Assembly: GCA_963706575.1 (NCBI GenBank)
Contig: CAVPNL010000006.1
Coordinates: 672,001-736,000, forward strand
Reading direction: 5' to 3'
DNA: 64,000 bases
Origin: an uncultured delta proteobacterium
Lineage (GTDB): Bacteria; Desulfobacterota; Desulfobacteria; Desulfobacterales; JAHEIW01
Below, in pieces: positions 28,196 through 37,355 of the stretch (position 1 is its first letter; each line of letters begins with the position of its first letter). The notes beneath the pieces were generated by a model that saw only the letters and a list, made by a program, of their open reading frames with translations, did not search any database and was not told the DNA's origin. Position numbers and translations under genes: made by a program.

Positions 28196-29230
28196 ATGGC
28201 CAAACAAATGTTGATCGATGCCTATCGGGGAAAAAGAACGGAAAAACCACCCTGGGTACCATACGCAGGGGTTCACTGCGCCTTTTTGATCAATGAGCCA
28301 GCTGACAAAATGCTCAAGGATCCCAAGCTTTTGGCGAAAGGAGTCGTTAATGCCGCCAAGAGATACAAAGCGGATGGAATTCCACTGGTATTCGATCTTT
28401 CGGTCGAAGCCAATTCCATCGGGTGCGACCTGAAATGGTGGCCCGACAATGTCCCTTCCGTAACCAATCATCCCTGTTCCGACAAGACTCCCAAAGATGC
28501 CGGGCTCAAAATGCCCACCAAAGAATCGGGTCGCTGGCCGGTGCTTTATGAAGCCGCAAGAATTGCCAAACCTCAGCTGGATGAACTCGATTGCGTCCTG
28601 ATGGGTCTATTTTGCGGTCCTTTGACCCTGGCTTCCCATCTGGCCGGTGTGCGTATCTTTACCGATGTTTACAAAAATCCCGATTTTGCCGCCGAAGTTA
28701 TCAAATTTGCCGGTGAAGTCGGCGCGGCAGCTGCAAAGTTCTATGCCGAGATGGGTTGTGAGATTATCGCCATCGTTGATCCGGTGGCCTCACAGATTAA
28801 ATCCGAGACCTTCCAGAAATTTGTCACCCCCAATTCGCAACCGGCGATTAAAGCGATTCATGATGCCGGAGTGACCTCATCATTTTTCATTTGTGGCGAC
28901 TGCACCAAAGTCATGGAAGATGTCTGTAAGATCGGCACCCACGGCTTTGCCATTGATGAACAGCTCAATATGCTTTTTGTGCGGGATCTGGCACGTAAAC
29001 ACGGGGTGGGCTTTGGCGGCAATTTGAAGCTGACGCTGGCCCTGAGCCTCGGGTTATTGTCTCCCAGAGAGGATGCGATTGTGAGCTTGGCAGCAGGCGG
29101 GCAAGAAGGTTATACCTTCGCCCCTGGCTGAGATATGCCTTACGATGTTCCGGTGGAACATATGGATCAGGCCATCGAAGTCAGAGATTGGTTTGAACAG
29201 TATTATGCCAAGTATCCGGAATCTTGGTAA
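28196..29230 (+). CDS. MtaA/UROD-fold methyltransferase-like selenoprotein; TGA 29129-29131 read as Sec312; 344 aa
   Basis: The ORF track stops at FAPG, but the frame continues TGA-DMPYDVPVEHMDQAIEVRDWFEQYYAKYPESW-TAA. This restores the family PG[C]D motif and final helix. Hairpin follows. Confidence 0.88.
29145..29161 (+). other. Candidate bacterial SECIS hairpin
   Basis: Perfect 7-bp stem ATGTTCC-GGT-GGAACAT. Loop starts 20 nt after the UGA. Confidence 0.75.
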
Positions 29231-29257
29231 ACAATTATAGAAAGGAGGATTCGGATC

Positions 29258-29659
29258 ATGGCAGACAAAATTACCATTGATGTGCTGACACTGGACAGCG
29301 TGCAGTGCGCCGCCTGCGGCTACATGATGGAGTCCATCGCCGCTTTGCCATCTGATGTTCAGGATATGATCGTATACAAGGAATGGTCGATCAAAAACAA
29401 AGATGGCATTGGCAAGTTTCTGGAGCTGAAGGGTAAGGTACTACCGACCATCTGTATCGAGCGGGATCTGGTTTTTGAGAGTATCATTCCGCAATATGAG
29501 GAACTGATCGATGAGATGGCCAAACGGGCGCCGAATGACGATATGCGTGATCGTATCCAGGCCCTGCGCGAAACAGGATTTGAGTTCGATAAAATCCAGG
29601 AGAACCTGGCGAAAGCAGGAGCCGGCATGTCGACGCGCACAGATTCCAAAGTGCAATGA
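29258..29659 (+). CDS. Thioredoxin-like protein, CxxC (CAAC)
   Basis: DVLTLDSVQCAACGYM...LPTICIERDLVFESIIP. AGGAGG RBS. Confidence 0.85.
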   Translation: MADKITIDVLTLDSVQCAACGYMMESIAALPSDVQDMIVYKEWSIKNKDGIGKFLELKGKVLPTICIERDLVFESIIPQYEELIDEMAKRAPNDDMRDRIQALRETGFEFDKIQENLAKAGAGMSTRTDSKVQ

Positions 29660-29676
29660 TAACTGTATAAACATGC

Positions 29677-29710
29677 ACAAGCCGGGCCCTGCAAAAGGCC
29701 CGGCTTGTTT
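29677..29710 (+). terminator. Probable intrinsic terminator
   Basis: ACAAGCCGGGCC-8nt-GGCCCGGCTTGT then TT. Confidence 0.6.
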
Positions 29711-29730
29711 AATTCTACAGGCCGGGAGAC

Positions 29731-30036
29731 GTGTTCCTATTGGAAACCAATGAAGCGGCTGAAAAACTGAAAACGTTTGTCTTAACGCACGACCTGCCCA
29801 AAACAGACATGGCATTGTTCGGCATTAAATGCCCCTATTGCGGAAAATCCGATCGCATCCGGGAGCTGGAAGAACCGGATGCATTGAGCGCGAAGATAGA
29901 TTCGGAAAATGTGGCCATCTATTTTAACCTATGGGATCAACTTGCCCGCTCAAACGGATCGCTGGCAGTCTGCAAATTTTGTCAAAACCTTCTATTGCTG
30001 CAGGATCAGGCAAGTGCTGCACCCCTGTATGAGTGA
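29731..30036 (+). CDS. Hypothetical protein with two CxxC motifs (zinc-ribbon-like)
   Basis: CPYC and CKFC. GGAG upstream of GTG start. Confidence 0.6.
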   Translation: MFLLETNEAAEKLKTFVLTHDLPKTDMALFGIKCPYCGKSDRIRELEEPDALSAKIDSENVAIYFNLWDQLARSNGSLAVCKFCQNLLLLQDQASAAPLYE

Positions 30037-30386
30037 TCTATAAAAGGCGGTAATATTTTTGCGCAGTCGAGTTACTTAAAAAACGCCTGGTTCAAAGGTT
30101 CAACGTTCAAAGGTTCAGGAGTTAGAAAACAGCAAAAATAAGTAAACAGATGTTAGAGGACAGCGGGTATTGTTAAATGTTTAATTGGTTGAATAGTCAA
30201 TTCGTCAGGTGATTTAATCCATTTTAAACTATTTAACCATTCGACCAATTAACGAATCGACTAAACTCACTGACCGGTAGCAAGAACCCAGAACCCTGAA
30301 CCCTGAACCCGAGAACTGACACCTAAGATAAAAACGTATATTGTAAATTATCTTTAAGACGCAACACCAGCGAAAAGGGGTACAAC

Positions 30387-30632
30387 ATGAAAATCGAAGT
30401 TTTAGGGCCCGGATGCAAGCGCTGTGATCAACTCTATGAAAACACCCAAAATGCGGTGGCCGAATTGGATACCCCGGGGCCGATCGAAATTGTAAAAATC
30501 GGGGATATCAATTACTTTGCCAAAATGGGGGTGTTCATGACACCGGGGCTTGTGATTGATGGAGAGGTGGTTTCAACCGGCAAGGTGCTCAGCCCCGATC
30601 AAATCAAGCAAAAGATTGCGGAGAAGATGTAA
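30387..30632 (+). CDS. Small thioredoxin-family protein (MTH895-like)
   Basis: IEVLGPGCKRC...GVFMTPGLVIDG.VVSTGKV. Confidence 0.88.
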   Translation: MKIEVLGPGCKRCDQLYENTQNAVAELDTPGPIEIVKIGDINYFAKMGVFMTPGLVIDGEVVSTGKVLSPDQIKQKIAEKM

Positions 30633-30635
30633 AGC

Positions 30636-31670
30636 ATGTCGGATGTCACCCGCGTATATTTGATTACCGGTTTTTTAGGCAGCGGTAAAACCACCTTGCT
30701 GAATCGCATTATTCAGCGCTTCCCCAAAGATAAAAAGCTGACACTGCTGGTTAACGAATTCGGTGAAGTCGGTGTGGATGGTACTCTGGTCGAAGGCGAA
30801 GACATCGATATGATGGAAATCAGCAAAGGTTCCATTTTCTGCGTCTGCGTTAAAACCGATTTTATAAAAGGTCTATACGAGCTCAACAGCAAAGTCCAGC
30901 CCGATGTGATGCTGATTGAATCAACGGGTGTGGCCAACCCCTCAGACTTAAAAAAAGATTTAAAACTGCCCATCTTCAATGACCGATTTCATTTCGTGGA
31001 GCAGTTTTGCGTGATCGATGCGGCCCACTTTTTGGATGCATACGGCGTCTATGCCTCTTTAGAAAAACAGATTGCTTCTTCCACCGTATTTATCATTAAT
31101 AAGATTGATACCGCCTCACCTGAAACAATTGAAGAGACTAAAAATGTCATTCGGCAGTTTCATCCCGATCCATTTTTTTACGACACCACCTATGCCGACA
31201 TCCCGCTGGCGGATTTTTTTGATTTAGCAGAACTGGATTTGCCCGATTCCGAAGTGCCGGAACCTAAAAAGGCAAAAGTGTCGGTTCTTTCGGAGGAAGC
31301 GCTTGACCAATTTATTGATGACCTCCTGGATAGCCCGGATCTTGAAATTACGCCACCGGACACGCTCATGTCCGTTACCTATAGCTGGAACGGAGACGAT
31401 CTGGAGCAGGTTAGAGCTATGGCCGAGGCTTTACCCCCTGCTGTAGTCAGGGCCAAGGGGTTTGTCGAAGAAAAAGGTGACATGTATTTGTTCAATTATG
31501 TCATGGGCGATTGGACCGTTGAAAAAACCAATGTGCCCAAGGATCGCATCCAAAACAAAAATATTGTTGTTTTTATTGGGCCGCCTGAATCTATGGAAGG
31601 AATCGAAGGGGCATCCAAAACAGGTGATTGGACCGGCAGAGGGGTATTTCAACCTTACTCGCAAACTTGA
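30636..31670 (+). CDS. COG0523/CobW-family GTPase
   Basis: TGFLGSGKTT, VNEFG, GSIFCVC, ESTG, NKID, RAKG. Confidence 0.88.
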   Translation: MSDVTRVYLITGFLGSGKTTLLNRIIQRFPKDKKLTLLVNEFGEVGVDGTLVEGEDIDMMEISKGSIFCVCVKTDFIKGLYELNSKVQPDVMLIESTGVANPSDLKKDLKLPIFNDRFHFVEQFCVIDAAHFLDAYGVYASLEKQIASSTVFIINKIDTASPETIEETKNVIRQFHPDPFFYDTTYADIPLADFFDLAELDLPDSEVPEPKKAKVSVLSEEALDQFIDDLLDSPDLEITPPDTLMSVTYSWNGDDLEQVRAMAEALPPAVVRAKGFVEEKGDMYLFNYVMGDWTVEKTNVPKDRIQNKNIVVFIGPPESMEGIEGASKTGDWTGRGVFQPYSQT

Positions 31671-31901
31671 AAAAACAGCAACTTAAATTTATTTGAAACC
31701 ACTTCTTTAGTTACAAAATGATCGTCACTCCCGCGCAGGCGGGAGTCCAGTTCAAAGCCGCTTGGATTCCCGCCTGCGCGGGAATGACCAGTGGGGAACA
31801 CACATCAGTATTTAATATTATTTTTGACAATATTTCTGGGACACAACATTAGGAATCAGCGGCCAGCGGCTATTGAATTCCATGATGATAAAGGTCTAAA
31901 A

Positions 31902-32834
31902 ATGTCTGAAAACGGAAACCACTATGATTTAATGATTTTGGGTGCAGGGCCCGCCGGCATCACCGCCGCTTTATACGGGCAACGGCTGGGATTGAAAACG
32001 ATTGTTTTTGGCGACATACCGGGCGGCAGCTCATATATGATCGAACATCTGGCCAATTTCCCCGGACTTATGGAGGGGACTTCCGGCACCCAGTTCGGCA
32101 CGATGGCATTCCAGCAGGCCCAGAAAGAAGGTACTAACTTCACATTGACCCGTTTGGAAAGCCTCAGCCATAATGAAAACCGCTTTGTCGGTGTCGATGT
32201 CGATGGAAAAGAATATACGGCTCTCAGCGCCCTTGTTGCTACCGGGCGGGTGCCCAAAAGATTGGCGGTTGCCAATGCCAATATGAAAGGTGTTCATTTT
32301 TGTTCAATTTGTGATGGCCCTTTATACAGAGGGAAAAATGCCACACTGGCGGTGGTCGGCAGCGATAATACCGCCGCCCAGCATGCGCTCACCCTGGCAC
32401 GGACTGCCGATAAAGTTCTGCTCATCTGTCGCAGTGATACCCTTAAAATGGATGCCGTTCATAAAGACCAGATCCAGCAGCAAAACAATATTGCGTTGAT
32501 GACAAACACGGAAGTATCCGGGTACAACGGCCAGGAGTTCGTCGAAAGTATTGCGGTTGCAGGTAAGGAAAAGGGGCGACAGGATCTGGCGGTTGATGGG
32601 ATTTTCCTGGCAATCGGATGGCGACCCAACATATCGGCACTAAAATTGGAGGTTCAAAAAACGGCAGAGGGCTATTTGGAAACGAATGAAAAACTCATGA
32701 CGTCGTTTCCCGGACTTTTCGCAGCGGGTGACATACGGGATACCGATATGTGGCAGGTGCTGACCGCCTGTGCCGACGGGGCCAGGGCGGCCAAATATGC
32801 AGCCGAATATTTGGAAAAATTAACCCAAGTTTAG
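31902..32834 (+). CDS. trxB: Thioredoxin-disulfide reductase
   Basis: GAGPAG.TAALY, ATG, HFCSICDG, GLFAAGD. Start ATG 31902. Confidence 0.85.
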   Translation: MSENGNHYDLMILGAGPAGITAALYGQRLGLKTIVFGDIPGGSSYMIEHLANFPGLMEGTSGTQFGTMAFQQAQKEGTNFTLTRLESLSHNENRFVGVDVDGKEYTALSALVATGRVPKRLAVANANMKGVHFCSICDGPLYRGKNATLAVVGSDNTAAQHALTLARTADKVLLICRSDTLKMDAVHKDQIQQQNNIALMTNTEVSGYNGQEFVESIAVAGKEKGRQDLAVDGIFLAIGWRPNISALKLEVQKTAEGYLETNEKLMTSFPGLFAAGDIRDTDMWQVLTACADGARAAKYAAEYLEKLTQV

Positions 32835-33340
32835 AATTTTTGTTCCCGGATGCCGGAGTAAACCGCCTTACAAATGCCCGATACGCCGCCTTGCAATCCT
32901 TCCGGATTTTTAAATCCTTCTGTACCCTTTAGGCTCTCGATGTACGCGTGTGCATCAGCCAATACCTGCCAGGCCGCCTGCTTAGCGGCATCCATGTTTA
33001 TTCGGAACAACCACCCTTTTTCGTATGGATCTTCTGAAGCGAGTGAAGGGTTTTGTTTTACTTCTGGATTAAAAAAGGCAATCCCGCTAACCGGGGTTGC
33101 GATATATAAAATTTTGCCTGTAATCACAAACACCACATCCTGCCCCGCTTGAACGGACGCTTCATCCTGGACCAGCCAGTCCAGGTCATTGACGCCGCCG
33201 GCTAAAACCAGAGCGGGTTGCGTCAGGCCGAAAACAAGATCCTGATCTTGCGCTTTGGCCCATAAACCCTGTTTTGAATGATATCTTCGGTCTTCAGGGA
33301 TCTCAACGCGTTGACCTAAAAATTTTTCAATTACCGCCAT
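32831..33340 (-). CDS. Glycine cleavage H-like (lipoyl-carrier fold) protein, divergent
   Basis: IPEDRRY, W, GLT, TPVSG, N...NP....DPYEKGWLF. GGAGGT RBS before ATG 33340. Confidence 0.75.
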   Translation of the reverse strand: MAVIEKFLGQRVEIPEDRRYHSKQGLWAKAQDQDLVFGLTQPALVLAGGVNDLDWLVQDEASVQAGQDVVFVITGKILYIATPVSGIAFFNPEVKQNPSLASEDPYEKGWLFRINMDAAKQAAWQVLADAHAYIESLKGTEGFKNPEGLQGGVSGICKAVYSGIREQKF

Positions 33341-33520
33341 TACTACCTCCATTCTAAGATTTCAGAAAATCGACACCGATAAATCCTACCTTCAGCTTTA
33401 ATACAAAAAATGTCAAGAAGTTGGGATCACAATTTTTTTAAAAATCATCTTTAGGTCTATTGACCGCATCCCAAAATTAGTATTATACAATGTAAAATAG
33501 TTTATCAATGAAAGGGATGG

Positions 33521-33946
33521 ATGATGCCGCGGATTGATCAGGATTGCCCCTGTACCGGAAAAAATATGAAGCATTTTGCCGCACCCTGGATTCTACTGAC
33601 ATTGGTCAATCATGAAGGTGCGCATGGCTACAAAATCAAAAAGATCATGAACCAGTTCACGCAAGATTTGGGAATTCCGTTGAACATCACCGGCCTTTAT
33701 CGGCACCTAAACGGCCTGGAGAAACGCGGCGTCCTTTACTCCAAATGGGATTCTCAGGGCAAAGGTCCGGCCAAGCGTAAATATTATTTGACCGAATCGG
33801 GTAAAGAATGTCTGCGCTACTGGATGCGCACCTTAAGCATGCAGTCGCTTCTTATCGGCAGATTTTTCGACCAGGCGAAAAAGGTTTTTCCTTCCATGCG
33901 GATGCCGACGATCCGGTTTGAAAGCCGGTCCAATTGCCTGGATTAA
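33521..33946 (+). CDS. PadR-family transcriptional regulator
   Basis: HGY.I, LYRHL..LEKRG...S.W, GPAKRKYYLTESG. Confidence 0.85.
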   Translation: MMPRIDQDCPCTGKNMKHFAAPWILLTLVNHEGAHGYKIKKIMNQFTQDLGIPLNITGLYRHLNGLEKRGVLYSKWDSQGKGPAKRKYYLTESGKECLRYWMRTLSMQSLLIGRFFDQAKKVFPSMRMPTIRFESRSNCLD

Positions 33947-34006
33947 CAACACCAACGAATGTTTCAATCTAGCTTCACTCACGAATCAAAGGCAGGAGGT
34001 AACACC

Positions 34007-35152
34007 ATGTGTCCCGCTAAAGCGATTTCAGTCAACAAACCCGTAAAGCTCATCTTTGCCGGCGGTTTCTTGGGCTCCGGCAAAACAACGGCGCTGGCAT
34101 CCCTGGCAAAACGCTTGATTCAGCGCGACATGCGGGTCGGTTTCATCACCAACGATCAGAGTGAAAATCTGGTCGATACGGTTATCGTTCGACAGATGCT
34201 CACCGAGCTGGGGGTACCGGTAGAAGAAGTGGTCAAAGGCTGCTTTTGCTGCAAATTTGATGAATTGATCGAGCACGTTGAAAAAATTCTGGTCCATGAT
34301 CCCGATGTTCTCATGGGAGAACCGGTGGGCAGCTGTACCGATTTTGTGGCCGCGGTGGCCAATCCGATCAAAATTCAATACAAGGATGCCTTCCGTTTTG
34401 CGCCGTTTTCGATAATGGTGGACCCGGGCCGGGTGCGGGAACTCATGCTGCAAGAAAGCGAATCAGAATTCCCCGAGGATGTGGCCTATCTCTTCCGCAA
34501 GCAAATGGAAGAGGCAGACACCATTGTGCTCAACAAAATCGATCTTATTGCCCCGGGCGAATCGGATCGCCTGCTTTCTGCGATTGGGGAAACATTTAAA
34601 GATAAAAAATTGATGGCCGTCTCTGCCAAAGCAGGTACCGGGATGGAGGAGTGGCTTGACGACCTTCTTTCTGGACGGCCGGGCGCAAATACGGTGTTGC
34701 GGCAGATTGATTATGACCGTTATGCGCACGCGGAGGCCGTTTTGGGCTGGTTGAATGCCGCCGTATTCATGTCTGCGCCAGAATCGTTTGACGCTTCTAA
34801 TTTTGCGCGAAAATTGCTGATGGAATTGCGAGAGGCCTTTAAGCAAAGAAAGGGTGAAATTGGGCACCTGAAGATTGTTATTACCAGTGCCGGGAAATCT
34901 CTTTGGGCCAATCTGACCCATCTGGCAGCCGAGCCCAGCATCAGTGGTGAGACCCTGGATGCCTTGTCAAAGGCGGCACTCATTATCAATGCGCGGGTCA
35001 GGCTTGAACCCGAAGATTTAGAAGCGACGGTGCGTGATGTTCTTAACGCGGTTTCCGGGGGCATGGGTGTTAAATCTGAAATCGACGATCTTCAATGTTT
35101 CAGTCCGGCCTATCCTGACCCGCCGCATGTGATACGCGAATCACTTGAATAA
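34007..35152 (+). CDS. COG0523/CobW-like GTPase
   Basis: GGFLGSGKTT, TNDQ, GCFCC, EPVGSCTD, NKID, GHLK. GGAGGT RBS before ATG 34007. Confidence 0.85.
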   Translation: MCPAKAISVNKPVKLIFAGGFLGSGKTTALASLAKRLIQRDMRVGFITNDQSENLVDTVIVRQMLTELGVPVEEVVKGCFCCKFDELIEHVEKILVHDPDVLMGEPVGSCTDFVAAVANPIKIQYKDAFRFAPFSIMVDPGRVRELMLQESESEFPEDVAYLFRKQMEEADTIVLNKIDLIAPGESDRLLSAIGETFKDKKLMAVSAKAGTGMEEWLDDLLSGRPGANTVLRQIDYDRYAHAEAVLGWLNAAVFMSAPESFDASNFARKLLMELREAFKQRKGEIGHLKIVITSAGKSLWANLTHLAAEPSISGETLDALSKAALIINARVRLEPEDLEATVRDVLNAVSGGMGVKSEIDDLQCFSPAYPDPPHVIRESLE

Positions 35153-35159
35153 CGAAGAT

Positions 35160-35362
35160 TAGAAGTGGTATCAAAACCCCATCTAAGGCCCAATGGCTGC
35201 GTTGCCCCGCTAAGCGGGATTCGCATCTGATTCTTAAAATTAAGGTGCAGCACAGGCCTCCGGTAAATGCTCACATACTCATGTATGCTGAGAACAACGA
35301 CTTTCCCGATCGGCCTGACGCCTTGCCCTTGAACCTGATCTGAGGTTTTGAAACCACTTCTA
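35160..35362. mobile_element. MITE-like element with terminal inverted repeats TAGAAGTGGT(A/T)TCAAAACC
   Basis: Both ends are inverted copies. A shorter inverted copy lies at 60192-60337. No transposase in the window. Confidence 0.65.
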
Positions 35363-35384
35363 GTCATATGAATAGAGGTGGATC

Positions 35385-35636
35385 ATGTTGCGCATAGAAG
35401 TCATCGGACTCGAGCCTCCCTGCCAAAAATGCAATGAGCTTCTCGAAAATGCCAAAAAAGCGGCTAAGGATGCCGGGGTGGATGCCGAGGTGGTTAAGCT
35501 TTGGACCCTTTCAGAAGATGTTCGCCAAAAATATGGCTTGCTACTCAGTCCGGCGCTGGTCATTGAAGGTGTCGTCGTTGCCCAGGGAAAAGTATATAAA
35601 CCGGAGCGAATCGCCGGATTACTCCAAGGTGCGTGA
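35385..35636 (+). CDS. Small thioredoxin-family protein
   Basis: IEVIG..PPCQKC...YGLLLSPALVIEG.VV..GKV. Confidence 0.85.
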   Translation: MLRIEVIGLEPPCQKCNELLENAKKAAKDAGVDAEVVKLWTLSEDVRQKYGLLLSPALVIEGVVVAQGKVYKPERIAGLLQGA

Positions 35637-36556
35637 AAGTAATTCAAATTGGTGCTCACCTATCGATATTTCTTAAAGATTCTGTTATGAAACAACGATT
35701 GGGAATATACTTTGGAGAATTTTTCGGGACATTCCTGCTGGTTTTTTTCGGAATTTCGGCGGTGGCTGTAGCCGTCTTGTTCGATGCCATATCCAGTATC
35801 GTTCAAATTTCCATTGTCTGGGGTATCGGGGTGACCCTCGCCATTTATGCGACACGCCATTTATCATGTGCCCATTTGAATCCGGCGGTGTCTCTGGGAA
35901 TGGTATTGGCTGGACGAATGCATCCACGTCTGTTAATCCCATATTGGATTTTCCAACTATGTGGGGCGATAGCAGCCGGAGCGTGTTTACTACTTGTCTT
36001 TCATACGTCTATTTCCAGTTATGAAACAGCAAACGCTATCAGCCGAGGCACGCTTTCATCCCTAAAAACGGCGATGCTGTTCGGTGAATATTTTCCTAAT
36101 CCCGGATTCTCCTTTCCCTGGTTTGGCGTGAGCAGGGGAACCGCGATGATTGTCGAAGGATTGGGAACTTTCATTCTGGTTACAATGATATTTTTGTTGA
36201 CCGAAGGCTGCAACGTTGGACGCCCAGGTGAAGTTTTAGCACCCATTTTTATAGGGGCCACCGTATCTGCGCTTATTGCCGTTACGGCACCGCTGACTCA
36301 AACCGGAATCAATCCGGCTAGAGATTTCGGGCCTCGGTTAGTCGCCTATTTTGCCGGCTGGGACAGAATTGCAATTCCAGGCCCTCAAAACGGTTTTTTT
36401 TGGGTTTATATTTTTGCACCGCTGATCGGCGGAAGCAGTGCCGCCGGTTTTTTTCGCTTTATTCTGGCTCCTTTGATGACTGCCAAAAACCGGGAACTGG
36501 AATGCAGTTGTGACAATTGTGGTGATGCGTCGGATAATCAGTCGGGAGCAAATTGA
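35633..36556 (+). CDS. MIP-family channel (aquaglyceroporin-like); start GTG 35633 or ATG 35687
   Basis: GEFFGT, HLNPAVS and INPARDFGPR. C-terminal CSCDNC. Confidence 0.9.
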   Translation: MKVIQIGAHLSIFLKDSVMKQRLGIYFGEFFGTFLLVFFGISAVAVAVLFDAISSIVQISIVWGIGVTLAIYATRHLSCAHLNPAVSLGMVLAGRMHPRLLIPYWIFQLCGAIAAGACLLLVFHTSISSYETANAISRGTLSSLKTAMLFGEYFPNPGFSFPWFGVSRGTAMIVEGLGTFILVTMIFLLTEGCNVGRPGEVLAPIFIGATVSALIAVTAPLTQTGINPARDFGPRLVAYFAGWDRIAIPGPQNGFFWVYIFAPLIGGSSAAGFFRFILAPLMTAKNRELECSCDNCGDASDNQSGAN

Positions 36557-36606
36557 ATGTATTCATTACAAGAACATAGGGAGCGGCAGTAAAACACTCA
36601 GAAATT

Positions 36607-36888
36607 ATGGCATTGACGGATAAAGACTGGTACCAGAAGGGTATAAAGCTGAAGCAAAAAGGCCATTATCAAAAAGCCATCCAAGCATTTGATCGGGTCA
36701 TTGATCATAAAATCAAATTGGCCGAAGCCTATTTCGAAAGGGGAGTATGTTTTTATAAACTGGGTAATAACCGACAGGCCACAGACGATCTGGCGGCCGC
36801 CGCCATGCTGGGTTGTGAGGCCGCCAAATTTTGGAGCAAGTACGATAGAAACAAGATTAAGAAATCAAATGAAGATAACGAATCCTAA
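36607..36888 (+). CDS. Small TPR protein
   Basis: WYQKG...G.YQKAI.AFD, AEAYFERG...YKLG...A..D. Confidence 0.7.
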   Translation: MALTDKDWYQKGIKLKQKGHYQKAIQAFDRVIDHKIKLAEAYFERGVCFYKLGNNRQATDDLAAAAMLGCEAAKFWSKYDRNKIKKSNEDNES

Positions 36889-36890
36889 AT

Positions 36891-37355
36891 TTAAGACTCG
36901 AGGTTTTTTGCAGTTTTATCAAACAGATCGAGCATCCGATCAATCAGATTGATGTTCGATTTGTCAAAATTAACGATTAAATCCACTCCGGCACGATATA
37001 ATTCCCCATGATTTGGCTGTAAGCCGGCACCCCCGGCGACCAGTCGAATATCTGCACCGCCTTCGGTCTGAAGTGCCTCAGCCAGTTGAACAACCAACGA
37101 TTGATTGGTGATATCGACGATGGAGACACACATCATATGGACATCATTGTCAATTGCCAAGCGGGCGGTTTGCAAGGGCGCCTGATTGTTAGGGCCGATA
37201 TCAACGTCAAATCCGAATTCTGCCAGGGAAGCGGCTAACGATTTTGTCCAACGGTCGGACTGATCGCTTTCCAAATGAGCCAGAAGGATGCGCGGCCTTC
37301 TGCCTTCCCGCTGAGCAATTGTACTTATTCTTTTCTCTATTTGCTTGGTGTTCAT
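36891..37355 (-). CDS. Stand-alone methylmalonyl-CoA mutase C-terminal (B12-binding)-like domain lacking the DxHxxG histidine
   Basis: EGRRPRILLA...SDQSDRW...GFDVDIGP...A..AIDNDVH, AGG, AGV. Confidence 0.75.
   Translation of the reverse strand: MNTKQIEKRISTIAQREGRRPRILLAHLESDQSDRWTKSLAASLAEFGFDVDIGPNNQAPLQTARLAIDNDVHMMCVSIVDITNQSLVVQLAEALQTEGGADIRLVAGGAGLQPNHGELYRAGVDLIVNFDKSNINLIDRMLDLFDKTAKNLES

Noticed and set aside
28196..29131. 311-aa truncated methyltransferase or nonsense pseudogene
   Set aside because: The stop falls on a conserved Cys position, with intact downstream coding sequence and a hairpin; Sec readthrough is more parsimonious.
15451..29230. Methanogenesis or pyrrolysine-dependent methylamine pathway
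   Set aside because: No mcr, other mtr subunits, or MttB/MtbB/MtmB genes and no in-frame TAG case seen; context is bacterial (TonB system, sigma factor).
22981..29230. hemE uroporphyrinogen decarboxylase
   Set aside because: No RQAGR motif; Zn-type Cys motifs and the adjacent corrinoid protein indicate the methyltransferase branch of the fold.
29657..36556. Other TGA stops (29659, 30036, 31670, 35636, 36556) as further Sec codons
   Set aside because: The proteins look complete, and I see no conserved Cys position or continuing homology after these stops.
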